NCBI RefSeq assembly: GCF_006345805.1
Contig: NC_043004.1
Coordinates: 33,170,001-33,234,000 of the forward strand
Length of the DNA stretch: 64,000 nt
From: Octopus sinensis
Lineage: Eukaryota
Direction: 5' to 3'
Part shown: positions 25,152 to 38,960 of the stretch, piece by piece
How positions within the stretch are numbered: the stretch's first letter is position 1
Layout: the number at the start of each line of letters is the position of its first letter
Position numbers and translations under genes: made by a program
The notes under the pieces: generated by a model
Database searches by the model: none
Seen by the model: only the letters and a program-made list of their open reading frames with translations
What the model was told of the DNA's origin: nothing

Positions 25152-26025
25152 GCAAGCTGGCAGAATCATTACCTATTTCTTTATTACCCACAAGGGGCTA
25201 AACATAGAGGGGACAAACAAGGACAGACATAGGTATCAAGTCGATTACATTGACCCCAGTGGTACTTAATTTATTGGTACTTAATTTATTGACCCCAAAA
25301 GGATGAAAGGCAAAGTTGACCTTGGCGGAATTTAAACACAGAATGTAGCGGCAGACAAAATACCTATTTCTATTTCTTTACTACCTACAAGGGGCTAAAC
25401 ACAGAGAGGACAAACAAGGATAGACAAACGGATTAAGTCAATTATATCGACCCCAGTGCATAACTGGTACTTAATTTGTCGACCCCGAAAGGATGAAAGG
25501 CAAAGTCAACCATAGCGGAATTAGAACTCAGAACATAAAGACAGATGAAATGCTGCTAAGCATTTCACCCAGCATGCTAACTATTCTACCAGCTCGCTGC
25601 CTGGGTAAAATGCTTGGTAGCATTTCAGTTGCCTTTACGTTCTGAGTTCAAATTCCACCACAGTCGATTTTGCTTTTCGTCTTTTCGGGGTCAATAAAAT
25701 AAGTAGCAGTTGTACAGTGAGGGTCGGTGTAATCAACTTAGCCTCTCCCCTGAACCTGATGGTCTTATACCAAAATTTGAAACCAATATTGTGCCTGTTA
25801 TTGACAGGCAGTGAACTGACAGCATTATTAGATTTCCAGGCAAACTGCTTAACCACATTTTGTCCATATTTATGTTCTGAGTTCAAATTCTACCAATATC
25901 AACCTTGTCTTTCATCCTTTTGGGGTCGATAAAATAAATACCAGTTGAATATTGGGGTTGATTTAATTGACATAGCCCTACCCCGAAACCTGCTGGCCTT
26001 GTGCCAAAATTTGAAACCAATATTT
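25152..26025. mobile_element. Cluster of four SINE family B copies (two minus, then two plus)
   Basis: Minus copies at about 25152-25380 and 25366-25605; plus copies at about 25600-25790 and 25810-26025. Confidence 0.85.
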
Positions 26026-26404
26026 TGCCTGTTATTAATGTGCTTATTCTATTAGGGGTGTGCTTACTCAGTTAATATTATGCATATCATGTTAGTAGTG
26101 CACTCCCCCCCTTAGTATTGTGAACCTACATTGATAGAGCTGTACCCACTTTATTTGTTTTATACTTTCTTTTTAACTCTATCCCCTCATAGAATCGTGT
26201 TTTCCCTCTTAATAGTCTGTCTGTTCTGTTAACAGAGTGTCTACTCTGTTAATATTGTAACCACATGGTTACTAGTGTGGTTGTATGTATCTGTGTTGTG
26301 CCTTCAGTGCTAGGCCTGTTACCTGCTTTTCATGGCATATAAGTGACTGTGGCCACAGCACTCCCTCTGAATGGGACACCAGTCTGTTGTAGGGTGACAA
26401 GTCA

Positions 26405-26765
26405 TCCCGCCAACAAGTCATCCTAATGAGACATCTGTGTTGGCTGGGTCATGCCCTCCGTCATCAACCAGGAGAATTCATCTACGAAGCAATTGTCCCA
26501 GCTCCCCTTCAGGGTTGGCGAAAGTGATGTGGTGGACAAGGAAAAAACCTGGCTGATGACAGTGAAGGCTGATCTGGAACCCAACCTAGGCCCCTATATC
26601 TACGGCATTTGCTGCTGGAATAAGGAGTGGTTAGAGATCACACGGTCGCTAGCCTCAAATCACCAGGTCTGGTCGGCGTTTGTGAGAGATGCAGCATTGA
26701 GGATGAATGAAGCCAGCTCAACCCACCCTGGGTGAATGCTGTCTCAAAGTCAAGTCAAGTCAAGT
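26405..26765 (+). mobile_element. RTE LINE 3' end with (CAAGT)n tail
   Basis: WLGHALRH..GGQGKTWLMTVKADLEP..WSAFVRDA; ends GTCAAGTCAAGTCAAGT. Confidence 0.85.
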
Positions 26766-27180
26766 AGGGTGACCCATTTGCAGCTGAGTCAGCTGGAGCA
26801 ACATAAAATGAAATGTCTTGCTCAAGAACGCAAAGCACTACCCAATCCTGGAATCGAAACCTTCATCTTATATTTGTGGTTGTAACACCCTAACAACAAG
26901 GCTATGTGCTTTCATTCTACCATGACTATACTATCAATAATAATGTTTTCTCCGTTTGTGGCATGACCTCTATGTTAAGAGTTTGCCTAATACATAGCAG
27001 TTTGAACATTATCTTTGTATTGTGCCTCTTTTGTTACCAGTGTACCCACTTTATTAATGATCCTTTCTGCTATGCACAAGGTCTGAAATGACATCGACCC
27101 CAGTGTTTCACTGGTACTTAATTCATCGACCTCAAATGGATGAAAGGCAAAGTTGACCTCAGTGGTATTTGAACTCACAA

Positions 27181-27412
27181 GGGCAGCGAGCTGGCAGAAT
27201 CGTTAGCATGCCGGGCGAAATGCTTAGCTGTATTTCGTCTGCTGTTACGTTCTGAGTTCAAATCCCGACGAGGCCGACTTTGCCTTTCATCCTTTCGGGG
27301 TCGATTAAATAAGTACCAGTTACGCACTGAGGTTGATATAATCGACTTAATCCATTTGTCTGTCCTTGTTTGTCTTCTCTGTGTTTAACCCCTTGTGGGT
27401 AGTAAAGAAATA
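27181..27412 (+). mobile_element. SINE family B inserted into an antisense family B copy
   Basis: 16-bp TSD GGTATTTGAACTCACA at 27164-27179 and 27413-27428. Confidence 0.92.
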
Positions 27413-28234
27413 GGTATTTGAACTCACAGTGTAGAGACGGACCAAATGATGCTAAACATTTTGCTCAGCATGCGAAGAATTCTATCTTACCTACTTTATG
27501 AAGAACGTATGTATTCTGTTAGTATTGATCCTATTCTCAAAACAGTTTTTCCTTTTTCCTGTTCCATCAGTAGAGTCTGCCTGCACTGTATGTGTTGTGT
27601 TTATTCATTTAATACTACACTGATGCTATACACATCTTACTGACTCTCTTACTGTTGTGCTTATTGTATAAACTGCAGACCAAGTCGTTCAGGTTATAGT
27701 TCACTTACCTTAGATCTAAGCTACCGTTCTACTTAAATACAAATTAAAAGCCATAAACAAACCGTTAAAATTGTATTTGAAATTAATATAATAATGTCAA
27801 ATGCAAGTATATTTTGTCATGGCCATAGCTTTAAAGAGTTAAAAAATGTCAAGAATATTTTATTCTCTTGACACTGTTTTCGTTTTTGATGTCTTTTAGT
27901 TCTCTTTCCATTCTCTGATCATAAGCTTCTTAATTTTTATTTCCTAATCTTGAATAGTTTAGATTTCAATCAGATAATGTCTTCTATTGGTGAGACACAC
28001 CTCAAACAGATGTAGTTGATAGCTAGGTGAGGTTAAGATCTTTATAACCATGATTAGAATATAGGGACCGTGTTGCTTGTAGCAACAATAGGTGACCACT
28101 AAGCTGGTGTTTAAAGATATAATTTGGCAACAGAAAGAGAGCATTCCTTATCTATAGTGAGTTGGTGGTCAGAGAAGACATTGCAACATGCTTTTACAAG
28201 TCGAAAGTAAAGTAAAAATTCAAGTGGACTCTTT

Positions 28235-28393
28235 TTCTTCATCATCATCACCATCAATATCATCATCACCATCATCATCATTGTCATCATCCTCGTTGCC
28301 GTCGTCATCATCATCATCACCACCACCACCACCACCACCACCACTACCACCACCACCACTACCACCACCACCACTACCACTACCACCACCACC

Positions 28394-28424
<31 letters not shown>

Positions 28425-28640
28425 CCATCACCATCACCATCATCCTCATCATCTAACGTCCATCTTCCATGTTGGCATGGGTTGGACAGTTTGACAGAAA
28501 CTGGTAAGACTGGAGACTGCACCAGGCTCCATCGTCTGATTTGGCATGGTTTCTACAGCTGGATCCCCTTCCTAATGACAACCACCTCGCAGAGTCTACT
28601 GGGTGCTTTTTATGTGGCACCAGCACTGCTTCTTTTTACA
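28235..28640 (-). mobile_element. Family C repeat (28445-28640) with an expanded CAT/CAC tail array
   Basis: Family C core preceded on the plus strand by (CAT)n(CAC)n. Confidence 0.75.
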
Positions 28641-29990
28641 TGGCATGGAATCACAGAGTGTTATTATCTAAATGCCTTGACCCTGACTTCTAAGATGTTC
28701 TACTTAATTGAACCAAGTGCCAATACTCAGAGTGACAGTCAAGTTCTGACATCAGTAAACTTCTTCTTTATCACCTTTAAAATTAGACTCACAGAATTAT
28801 ATTCAAGATTTCAGGGTTGTTTGTCTTAGAATAGAGAGAAAAAGGATGGCCCAGGACTAAACAGACTAATGACTAATAGCCAAAAGTGTAGGTCTACTCA
28901 TACAGAGATGATGTAAGTGACACTTCTTAATAAAGCCAAAGCACCACCACATCCACCACCACCACCAACACCACCACCACCACCACCACCACCATCTCCA
29001 ATCACCTTTATTTCTTTTATCAATCTATGATGCCAATTCATTTCAAATACTTTTTTTTTTATTTTGAGTTATCACCACCCCCCGCACCCCGCACCCCCAC
29101 CAATACCTTACTTTTGTTTGGTTGAGTTAAGCATTGTTCAGTAATGTCTACCTCTTCTTGATGCAGGTATAATCTTGATTAATTAAAGGTATCATGTTCA
29201 CCACATTAAATGTGGTAGTGCTTACTTCACTATAAAGCAACATAGATTTCTTATTTCTCTTTCAACATTCACTTCTATCGGAATTTTCCAGCTTCAATGG
29301 CCTTCTTTATTGTAGTAAGTCCATAGAAATTGCTAGTCAGACTGCCAACTGAGAGAACAGTGCTATAAACTTAACTAGATCAACTTTTTACACCTTTCTA
29401 GTTTATGCTAGATAATTCTATTTAGTCCATCACATGGAAAACTTGATGTATATCAACCATAAAAAGATAAGTGTGAATATTAAACAAATGGCGTAGTGAA
29501 ATTAGACTTGCTTCTTTGCCAACGTATAACCAGTTAACTGGATTGCTGGGTAGACAGACATCTAGTGTTGATTTTTATTTTTTATCATTTTTTTTTTCAG
29601 TTGATAAAATAAGCATCAGAAATATATAGCAGCCGGGTCAAATAACTATTCTATTCTCCTGTTTCCTAAAATGTGTCTTATGCCTAAGCTATGTAATATC
29701 TCTGGATATTAAGTTCAGGCAACAAGCCTTTCACCTATATTTGAAGTGTAAGTTGTTCAGCTAAAAGCAGTTACAGTGTTGCTGTAAATTACGGTCAAAT
29801 TCTAAATCTGTAGTTGCTTCAATATTAGGTGGTATCCAGGATAAAATATCGATACAAATTGCATAGCATATGGAACATATTAAGACTGACAGAAAGGGAG
29901 AACCGAAAAAGAAAAAAATGAATAAATATATAAAAAAGAAGAGAGGGAAAGAAAGAAAATGTGTGTGAGCAAGAGAGAGAGAACAGTTTT

Positions 29991-30036
<46 letters not shown>

Positions 30037-30679
30037 ATAAATACATACATTCATATATGAATACCCATACATGCACAAAAACATGCACGCATGTATAACA
30101 AGAGAGACAGGAAGAGAATTAATATTAAGTGAAGAGTCATGACTTTTGATTTTTGTCAAGAAGAGATTGTATGAAATAGATTTTATAATCTGCAGAAACG
30201 ACACTGAAGAATATTCAATCTAAGATTCGTAAGCGGTTATTTCAGGAATCCTGATCGACTTATTTGGTTTCTTCATAACAATCCCTTCTATCTTTTACTA
30301 TGCTTAGGTCTCTCTTACACTTCTCAACTATAACAGACTTACATATATGTACGCATGTGTGTATTATTTATACACTAGTTAAACTCATAACAGCCAATTC
30401 ATGTTACTGAACGGTTTCATGTTAAAGAATTTTCCCAGCCTGGAATGATGATCTAACAATCACCAGGTGTGGTTAGGGCAATTTTGAAAGATTTACTTAT
30501 GCCAGCACCCAAATGGTACTCTTCCGTTGAGTCATGTCTGATAAGCGTTAAATTTCCTTTCCTCATTGGGAAGGTTCTTTAACACAAAACCAGTCAGTAA
30601 CATGAATTAGTTGCTATGAGATTACATTTATAATTCTGTATAAATAATGTACCCAACCTTCTCATCCCATTACAACAAT

Positions 30680-30850
30680 GATACCACCATTGGGGTACCA
30701 TGCACACCATGTCAGATGAGAGAATTCCATAAAGCTTGCTGCATGGTGAACTGGCCTCCACTAAGGGAAAATAATGACAACACCATCTTCTTTTCAAAGA
30801 TGTTTGCAAGAGAGACGTGAAATCTCTTTATATGAACACTGAAAAGTGAG
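30680..30850 (+). mobile_element. Decayed RTE fragment
   Basis: WGTMHTMSDERIP*SLLHGELAS..FKDVCKRDVKSL, matching RTE LYGEL..FKDVCKRD. Confidence 0.75.
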
Positions 30851-31166
30851 ACGAGATGATATTACTGATGGAGGGTAGAACTAGAGAAGGGTTTAAAAAG
30901 ACAAGAAGAAAAATGGTGAGGATTGGTGATGAAGAAAAGCAAATTCAAGGGAAAATTAGTACCAGGACAAGACTAGGAGACATTCGAAGTGTGGCGACTG
31001 CCATTATGACTGCCATTCATGTAGGTGTCTATAGTTAAACTGTTCTATTAACAAGACCAAAGCAAGGCTTTGCAGGCACCAATCCCCCCCCCCCCGCCAA
31101 AGTCATGTAAGATGGTTAGGAGAGGAACACGAGAGTGCAAAAGCGGAAAGACATTACTGAGTTGAT

Positions 31167-31396
31167 TTAGCAATTTAGCATTGAGATTATTCTGTCAAAT
31201 ATAATACTTATTCACATTCTTTTGAATTAATCCTGCATTATCTCAAAAATTTGAGATTTCAATGATGTAATGCTTTATTTTTAGAATGATAGTGTAGGAT
31301 AGGTGTGAGAGGCCAGATCTAGCCAGTTTGACCATAGAACAGAGAGAATATTTGGGTCAGGTGTGACCTGTTTGAATGCTAGAAGACTGAGGTTAA
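31167..31396. mobile_element. Decayed MITE-like element
   Basis: Imperfect ends TTTAGCATT and GAATGCTAGA..GGTTAA. Confidence 0.45.
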
Positions 31397-32094
31397 AATC
31401 AAGAAATTCAAAAAAAAAATTAAGCTCTTCTTCAACTCCCTTCTAATAGATAAATATTAACAAAACGAAACAATTTAGGTTATTGCATGCAGTGAGGATG
31501 ATCTCTCTGGTAATCTTAATGGACATATTATGAAGTTAAATTACTGTGAATCAAAAGAAACCAACCCAAATTAATTAGTGTTATCGTTAACATTTGTTGT
31601 CATTTGTTAATCTCATGGTACAAAAGTTTTGCATGCGGTTTCATCAGGGTGACGATGAAGATGATAATCATCATCATCATCATCACCATTGTCATTGTCA
31701 TCTTTGTCATCACCACAATCGCCATGGCCACTATCACCACCACCACCACTATCACCATCATCATCATCAGCTGCAGCACCTTCATCGTCATCGTTATAAG
31801 TGTCAGCATCATTATTTACAAAACTCCATTCAACGTGATTATAATATCTTACCTTCTTAATTAAATGATTAAGTTAATTTCCAAAGTAGTTTGATTAATC
31901 AATGCATTTAAAGATCACAACCTATTTCAGAGTTTATTCGTATAATATAAAGTAGGATTTGCTCTGCATTGTGTATGCGACAGGTGATATTTTGGGCTTA
32001 CGGAATGGAGGATTTGGATATTGTACTCAGCTCAACATTGCTATTGTTGAGTACGATAAATAAAAACATTTGGCATCAATAAAGGTAGAACTGA

Positions 32095-32305
32095 AGGTGG
32101 TGAGCTGGCAGAATCGCTAGCACACCTGGTGAAATGCTTTGCGGTATTTCGTCTGTCTTTGCATTCTGAGTTCAAATTCTGCCAAGGTCCACTTTGCCTT
32201 TCATTATTCAGGGTTGATAAATTTAGTACCAGCTGCATACTGGAGTCGATCTAATCAACTTGTCCCCTCTCCAAAAATTTTAGGCCTTGTGCCTAGAGTA
32301 GAAAA
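32095..32305 (+). mobile_element. SINE family B, alternative tail (GGCCTTGTGCCTAGAGTAGAAA)
   Basis: Same head and core as family B; different 3' tail. Confidence 0.8.
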
Positions 32306-32592
32306 AAAATGAGAAGGACTCACTTATCAGATAACTCTAGGTTCCAATTCTAATTCAGCTGTTTTCTCCAACAACATTACATGTGGTACCTTCATCCAAA
32401 ATGGAGCCCTTCAGAATATCTAATCCCCGCCTCAATTCAGGGGACACTTAACTTCTGGGAGCCAGATTTTAGTATTATCCAAGCAAGGATGGAAAGTTTT
32501 AACAGTTGTGAGACATAGCTGAATGAAAGAATATGTCTTGGCTACTTATCAAAATAAACCTCTTTGATATATCATAACCAAGCTGAGAGTTT

Positions 32593-32646
<54 letters not shown>

Positions 32647-32674
32647 GCATACATACATACATATATATATATAT

Positions 32675-32901
32675 TCTTTTATTCTTTTCTTTTATTTGTT
32701 TCAGTCATTTGACAGTGGCCATGCTGGAGCACCACCTTTAGTTGATCAAATCGACCTCTTTGTAAGCCTGCTACCTATTCTATCAGTCTCTTTTGCCAAA
32801 CAGCTAAGTTATGGGATGTAAACACGCCAGCAACAGTTGTCAAGCAATGATCGGGTGGGGGGACACAAGTACAGACACACAAACATATACATACATATAT
32901 A

Positions 32902-32934
<33 letters not shown>

Positions 32935-33075
32935 CGATGGGCTTCTTTCAGCTTCTGTCAACCAAATCCTCTCACAGAGTAGTAGAAGACATTTGCTGAA
33001 GGTGCCACACAGTGGGACTGAACTCAGAACCATGTGGTTAGGAAACAAGCTTCTTTCCACACAGCCACCATGCAC
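32675..33075 (-). mobile_element. SINE family A, near full length
   Basis: Similarity to the 5143-5567 copy. Confidence 0.85.
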
Positions 33076-33275
33076 CTTTATATCATAATAAGGATAATAA
33101 TAATAATGTGTGAATAGATTAAGTAAGATTAAGTAAGAGGTAAATATCATTTAATGTATACAGTATTTAAAGTAGTTTCTTGCCATGGAGACCCATGATT
33201 AGGTAGATTTTATTAAAATCTGCCGCAATGGCAAGAAACCATTTGTAGCTCTTATTTTGATACAGTGTATATTAA

Positions 33276-33367
<92 letters not shown>

Positions 33368-33730
33368 GTATATGTCCAACCCATGCTAGCATGGAAAGGG
33401 GACGTTAAACGATGATGATGATGATGATGATGATGATGTATGTATATGTATATACATTTATGAATTTGTGTTGCAATTCTCCTGATTTTAAGTCATGTGT
33501 TGAAACAAATTTTGTTGTGTTTCAGAATGGTCTGTTTTGTCTGGACAACTGACATGAGTTAGAATAAGAACGGTAATAAATGAGTGAAGAACGAATATAT
33601 AGTGCATGTGGTTATTTGGCAAAAAGAAAAAAGAAAAATGACCATCCTGAAATACAATATATATATATGTATATATATAGTCTTATAGTTAAAGAAACTA
33701 TGTTACAGAATTACATCAATTAAACAAGAC

Positions 33731-33783
<53 letters not shown>

Positions 33784-33791
33784 CTATATAT

Positions 33792-33823
<32 letters not shown>

Positions 33824-34514
33824 CATACATCTTAAAATAATAAACAAAATTCAGAAAATATTGCTGCCTTCTTCTACAGATTGCCTTTTTGGTTTTTCTT
33901 CTGTTTTTAAAGTATATTTCTAAACCATTTTTGTATTTGGTTTGGAAGATCCTTGATGGGGATTCGAGTGTTGAAACATATTTTGTTTGTAAATAGTATT
34001 CTGTATAATTCATTTAACATGGATATATTGTAGAAAGCCAGATAGCTGAAGAAAGAATCACGTACAGAAGTAGATGAAAAGTATCCAGTAGTGATGGTGG
34101 AATTGCTAAATCTGGATTTCTGCTTCTTTGAGCATCATCAGCAGCAAGTATCCATTAGCAGCCACATGTTTAGACAAATTTTACTTCCACTGATATGAGA
34201 AAAACTGATTAGCTAATCACTGACATCACAAATAGCTGGCATGACGGATGCAAATTCTTTATAAAAGACAGAGGCATTATTAATTCAAAAGAGCATTCTG
34301 TATATTTTACTGAAAGTAGATATCTCATAGTAAGCCATGAAACTGCAGTATTCACGTTGAGAAAGAATCTTGTATAGATGTAAATAGCTAAAAAGCACAG
34401 AAGGGAATCTGCCAATTATGAACATGCATTGTATTTGTTGAGGTAAATGTTTCTTACAAAAAAAAAGGAGTATATAAAAAAAGACAACAACAATTGCATG
34501 TGTTTATTCTTTTC

Positions 34515-34722
34515 TACTCTCAGCACAAGGCCCGAAATTTTTGGGGAGGGAGCCAATCGATTAGATCGACCCCAGTATGTAACTGGTACTTAATTTATTG
34601 ACCCAGAAAGAATATAAAGGCAAAAACAACCTCAGTGGAATTTGAACTCGGAATATAAAGACATGAAATACCAGTGAGCATTTTGCCTGGCAAGCTAACA
34701 TTTCTGCCAGGTTGCCACCTTA
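34515..34722 (-). mobile_element. SINE family B, alternative tail
   Basis: Reverse complement of the 32095-type copy. Confidence 0.75.
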
Positions 34723-35095
34723 GTGCATGTATTCATTATTGGCATAATGACCTGTCTGAGATGCAACAGCAGAAATATGGTAATGGAAGCGTTAAAGAAT
34801 TGCCAAGTCATTAAAATTTACAGCTGCTGATATGCTAAAATCAACAGTAGAACTATTCCTTTCTTCCATCAATTAACTCTCCAAAATAAATTAGGTTTAC
34901 TGTTTCTAAAGAGCCGAGTGTGAGTTAATGATTTCTTCATTGCATTACATAAGTATTAGTAATTAATTAATTTGATTGATTTTTTTTTTTTTCTAAATAA
35001 ATTTGAGAGATATGGTCAATGTGTCTGATACTGCTTGTCATGATAAAACTTGAAAGAGATAGAGAGGGGGAAGAGAGAGAAGGGAGAGAGAAGGG

Positions 35096-35134
<39 letters not shown>

Positions 35135-35379
35135 CAATAATTTATAAGCAGTATCACATAGAAAATAATGTTCTAACGATGGGACGGCAACTTTGACGAA
35201 ATATTAATTATATTTGAAATATTTTAATGTGACTATATAAACAAATAATACTTTCAAAACAACATAGCAGTAGTTTAATTTATTTGTATGTGTGATTGTG
35301 TAGCTTATAAGTGCACACACACACACACATGTATGCATTTAAGAGTACCCTTGATGCACTGGGTGATATGGTGTGGTTG

Positions 35380-35770
35380 GAAAGACCTGTTGAGTCTAGT
35401 AAAACCAAAATTGCAGCTGTGGCCTGTGCCCCCTGACTGGCCCCTGTTCTTGTGGCACATAAAAAGCATCATCTGAATGTGGTTGATGCCAGGTTTACCT
35501 GACTGGCTGCCGTTCCAGTGACATGTAAAAAGCACCATCCAAACGTGATCGATGCCAGAGCCGCCTGACTGGTTCATGTGCCGATTGCACGTAAAAAGCA
35601 TCCACTATACTCTCAGAGTGGTTGGCATTAGGAAGGCCATCCAGCTGTAGAAACATTGCCAGATCAGATTGGAGCCTGGTGCAGCCTTCTGATTCACCAC
35701 CCCTCAGTCAAATCGTCCAACCCATGCCAGCATGGAAAACGGAGGTTAAACAATGCTGAGGATGATGATA
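35380..35770 (+). mobile_element. Family C repeat with three internal ~60-65-bp tandem units
   Basis: CCTGACTGG..CAC(A/G)TAAAAAGCA occurs three times, then the core and a GAT tail. Confidence 0.85.
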
Positions 35771-36314
35771 CATAAGCTCGTCTGTGTATGTATATACATA
35801 TATATGTATATAAATAAAATGGGGTTTGTATGATTGTGTATATATGTATATATATATTATTCAGCGAAATTCCAACTCTGTTTTTTATGTTTTACTTATA
35901 TTCTTTATAATATTAATGTAGAATATAGAATATATAGTATAAATAATATATATAGTAAAATGAAATGAAGTATTGGTTGTCTTATGAATACATAAAATGT
36001 TAAATATAAAATATATATACACATACATATACATACTCATAAATATTGTATATTTCTCTTATTTCACACACATATATAAGAATGTATGTCTGTGCTTGTG
36101 TGAGGAAAGGTAAGGGGATGGCAAATAAGTAATTGAACAGAAACAACTTCTAGTTTTTGGTTTGCCAAGTTATGTCTCTAGGTGGACTTAGCCAATTGGT
36201 ACAATAAGTAGCAGAAAATGTACTGGAGTCCATAAATGAATTGTAGCATTTAAAGAAGGTATCCTTGTATGGCCACACACTGAAACCCGCAACAGGGTAA
36301 AAGAAAGGCTATCT

Positions 36315-36492
36315 AGGTGCAGGGGTGGCTGTGTGGTAAGAAGCTTGCTTACGAACCACATGGTTCCGGGTTCAGTTTCACTGTGTGGCACTTTGGGCAA
36401 GTGTCTTCTACTGTAGCCTCAGGCCAACCAAAGCCTTTTGAGTGGATTTGGTAGACAGAAACTGAAAGAAACCCATCATATATATATATATG

Positions 36493-36525
<33 letters not shown>

Positions 36526-36734
36526 GTGTGTGTGTATATTTGCATTTGTGTTTGTCCCCCACTATTGTTTGACAACCGGTGCGGGTGTGCTTATGTTCTT
36601 GTAACCTAGTGGTTCGGCAAAAGAAACCTATAGAATAAGTACTAGGCTTACAAAGAATAAGTCCTGGGGTCAATTTACTCGACTAAAAGGCAGTGCTCCA
36701 GCATGGCGACAGTCAAATGACTGAAACAAGTAAA
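36315..36734 (+). mobile_element. SINE family A, full length
   Basis: Complete head, body, microsatellite and tail. Confidence 0.9.
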
Positions 36735-37280
36735 TAGTTTAATCTTCTCGTAATAATTTCAATTAAATCTAACGATTGCCAATATAAACGAAATTAAGAA
36801 TTGTCACAAACCATTCGTACTTACACACTTCATAACAATAATTTTCTATTATAATTTCTACATCTTTAAATTAGTTTTTAAAGACACTCACCCCCCCCCA
36901 ACATGTACACACCCCTTTGTGAGATTAACACACACTCTTTTATATACAGCAAGCAATTTTTGTCTACCTGATGGTTGAGAACAGCCCAAGCTGGAGTAAA
37001 AATCTGGCAAGACAGTCAAGTTTTGATATAATATATATGCACATGTGCCAACACATACATACAAACATACACACATACACCTACACACACATACACACTA
37101 ACACATACACACATACACCTACAAACGCATACACACAAACACACAAACCTACACACACATGTGTACACAAGTACACGAATGTGTGTGTGCATATATATGT
37201 GTGTGTGCCATGATAGATTGGTAGCCACTACACACATTTTTTCTCTCTCCTTGTTTCACTCCTTGTTTTTTTCTGTGTCC

Positions 37281-37316
37281 CTTTCTGTAGAAGAGTGTAG
37301 GCTCGAAACATAAAAG
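37281..37316 (+). ncRNA. Degenerate minimal type I hammerhead ribozyme motif in a Penelope-like terminal fragment (about 37245-37410)
   Basis: CTTT-CTGTAGA-A-GAG[tgtagg]CTC-GAAAC-ATA-AAAG: stem I 4 bp, stem II 3 bp; A6>U and G16.2>A changes. Confidence 0.5.
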
Positions 37317-37411
37317 ACTTTTTCAATTCCTGAACGTTATACTAATACATTTGTTTGTTTTCTACACTACCTGTCTTCATCTTTTGTTTTTTTTGTGAAC
37401 TCTCCCAATAT

Positions 37412-37455
<44 letters not shown>

Positions 37456-38624
37456 TATATATAACACCATACAATGTGTTTACTTCTGTCACTGGATATA
37501 CATCTAGAATTCCCTAATATTGGCAGAGTTTATACAAAGAAATGTATAAAAGAAATTGGATTGAGTGACGTTCCTTAATTCATATCACTACAATTGTTTT
37601 CACACACACTCACACACATACACGCATGTGCAACCCCCCCCCCCCACATTTCTATATACACACGTATATTAGTAACTAAATAAAAAGAAGACTAATTTCC
37701 AGGCATTATTTAGTTAACAACTGGATAAATTAGTTCTGCACTTAACCATATTCTAAGGAAAGCCACTTCTTTGGTGATTCATATAGTTCTCGAAACAAAT
37801 AAAAGAAACATCTTTCACTTTATCATAATGATTTATATTCACCAGAATCTGATAGAGCTTTTTAATGTTAAATAATGAATTGTCTGTTCGAATCTAAATA
37901 TATGATATTGGATATCTATAGATTAGAAGCTACATATTAATCATTGGTTTTCAATAGTCATGTTCAGTTTTTAGATAACTATAGTAGAAAATGTGTATGA
38001 TTTTGATGTTAGGATAGGAATAGTTACTTGTATTATTTTCATGCTATAAAGTATTGTGATATGAAATCTGTGCTAGAGACAATATAATGGTATTAATGGT
38101 CTGGTACTGATGGTGGAGATATCAATTTAAATATTTCTTATATTAATTTGTTAGACTTGAAAAATATTAATCACTTAACATATCATAAAAGGATTAACTT
38201 TTGCTAATAGCTCGCAGAATTGGTATATATGTTATATCTTTACAGTGAAGTATTCAATGTTCTAATTTCCATAAATGTAAAGCCATGTGGTTAAAACGTT
38301 TGTTTTGTGATTTCGAGGTTTTTGAGTGAGATCTCACTGCAGGAATCTTGGACAATTGTGTAGAAAATTGTTGCTGATAATAATTGTAGAAAATTTTAAA
38401 TGTAAGTCAATGTAAAATATAAATTTTAAATAAACATACAATTTTAGTTTCAATATTAAAAACAAAGTCATAACACCAAAGGTTTTATTCTTTTGTAAGC
38501 AGAAAATTGTATAATCAGATTTATAGGTTTCCACTCATTCTAAGAGTTCTGCCATGGAGAGTAGACTCAAGTTCTGTTCATGTACAAATTGATAACATAT
38601 AATAATCATTTATGGCATCATCAT

Positions 38625-38960
38625 CATCATCATCATCATTTAACATCCGTTTTCCATGCTAGCATGGGTTGGACGGTTCGACCGGGGTTTGGTAAGCCAT
38701 CGAGGTTGTACCAGGCTCCAATCTGATTTGGCAGTGTTTCTACAGCTGGATGCCCTTCCTAATACCAACTACTCCGTGAGTGTAGTGGGTGCTTTTTACG
38801 TGCCACCGGCACAGGGACCGGAGGTGGCTGGCAAACGGCCATGATCGGTTGGTGCTTTTATGTGTCACCAACACAGACGCCAGTCAGGTGGCACTGGCAT
38901 CTGCCACGTTTGGACGGTGCTTTTTATGTGTCACCGGCACAGGTGTCTTAACTACAATTT
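38625..38960 (-). mobile_element. Family C repeat with three internal ~64-bp units
   Basis: GGTGCTTTT..GTG(C/T)CACC at 38788, 38851 and 38916. Confidence 0.88.

Noticed and set aside
28830-28912. 83-nt AG..GTAAGT exon candidate (also a minus-strand donor near 27707)
   Set aside because: Such splice motifs are expected several times by chance in 64 kb, and the peptide is unrecognisable
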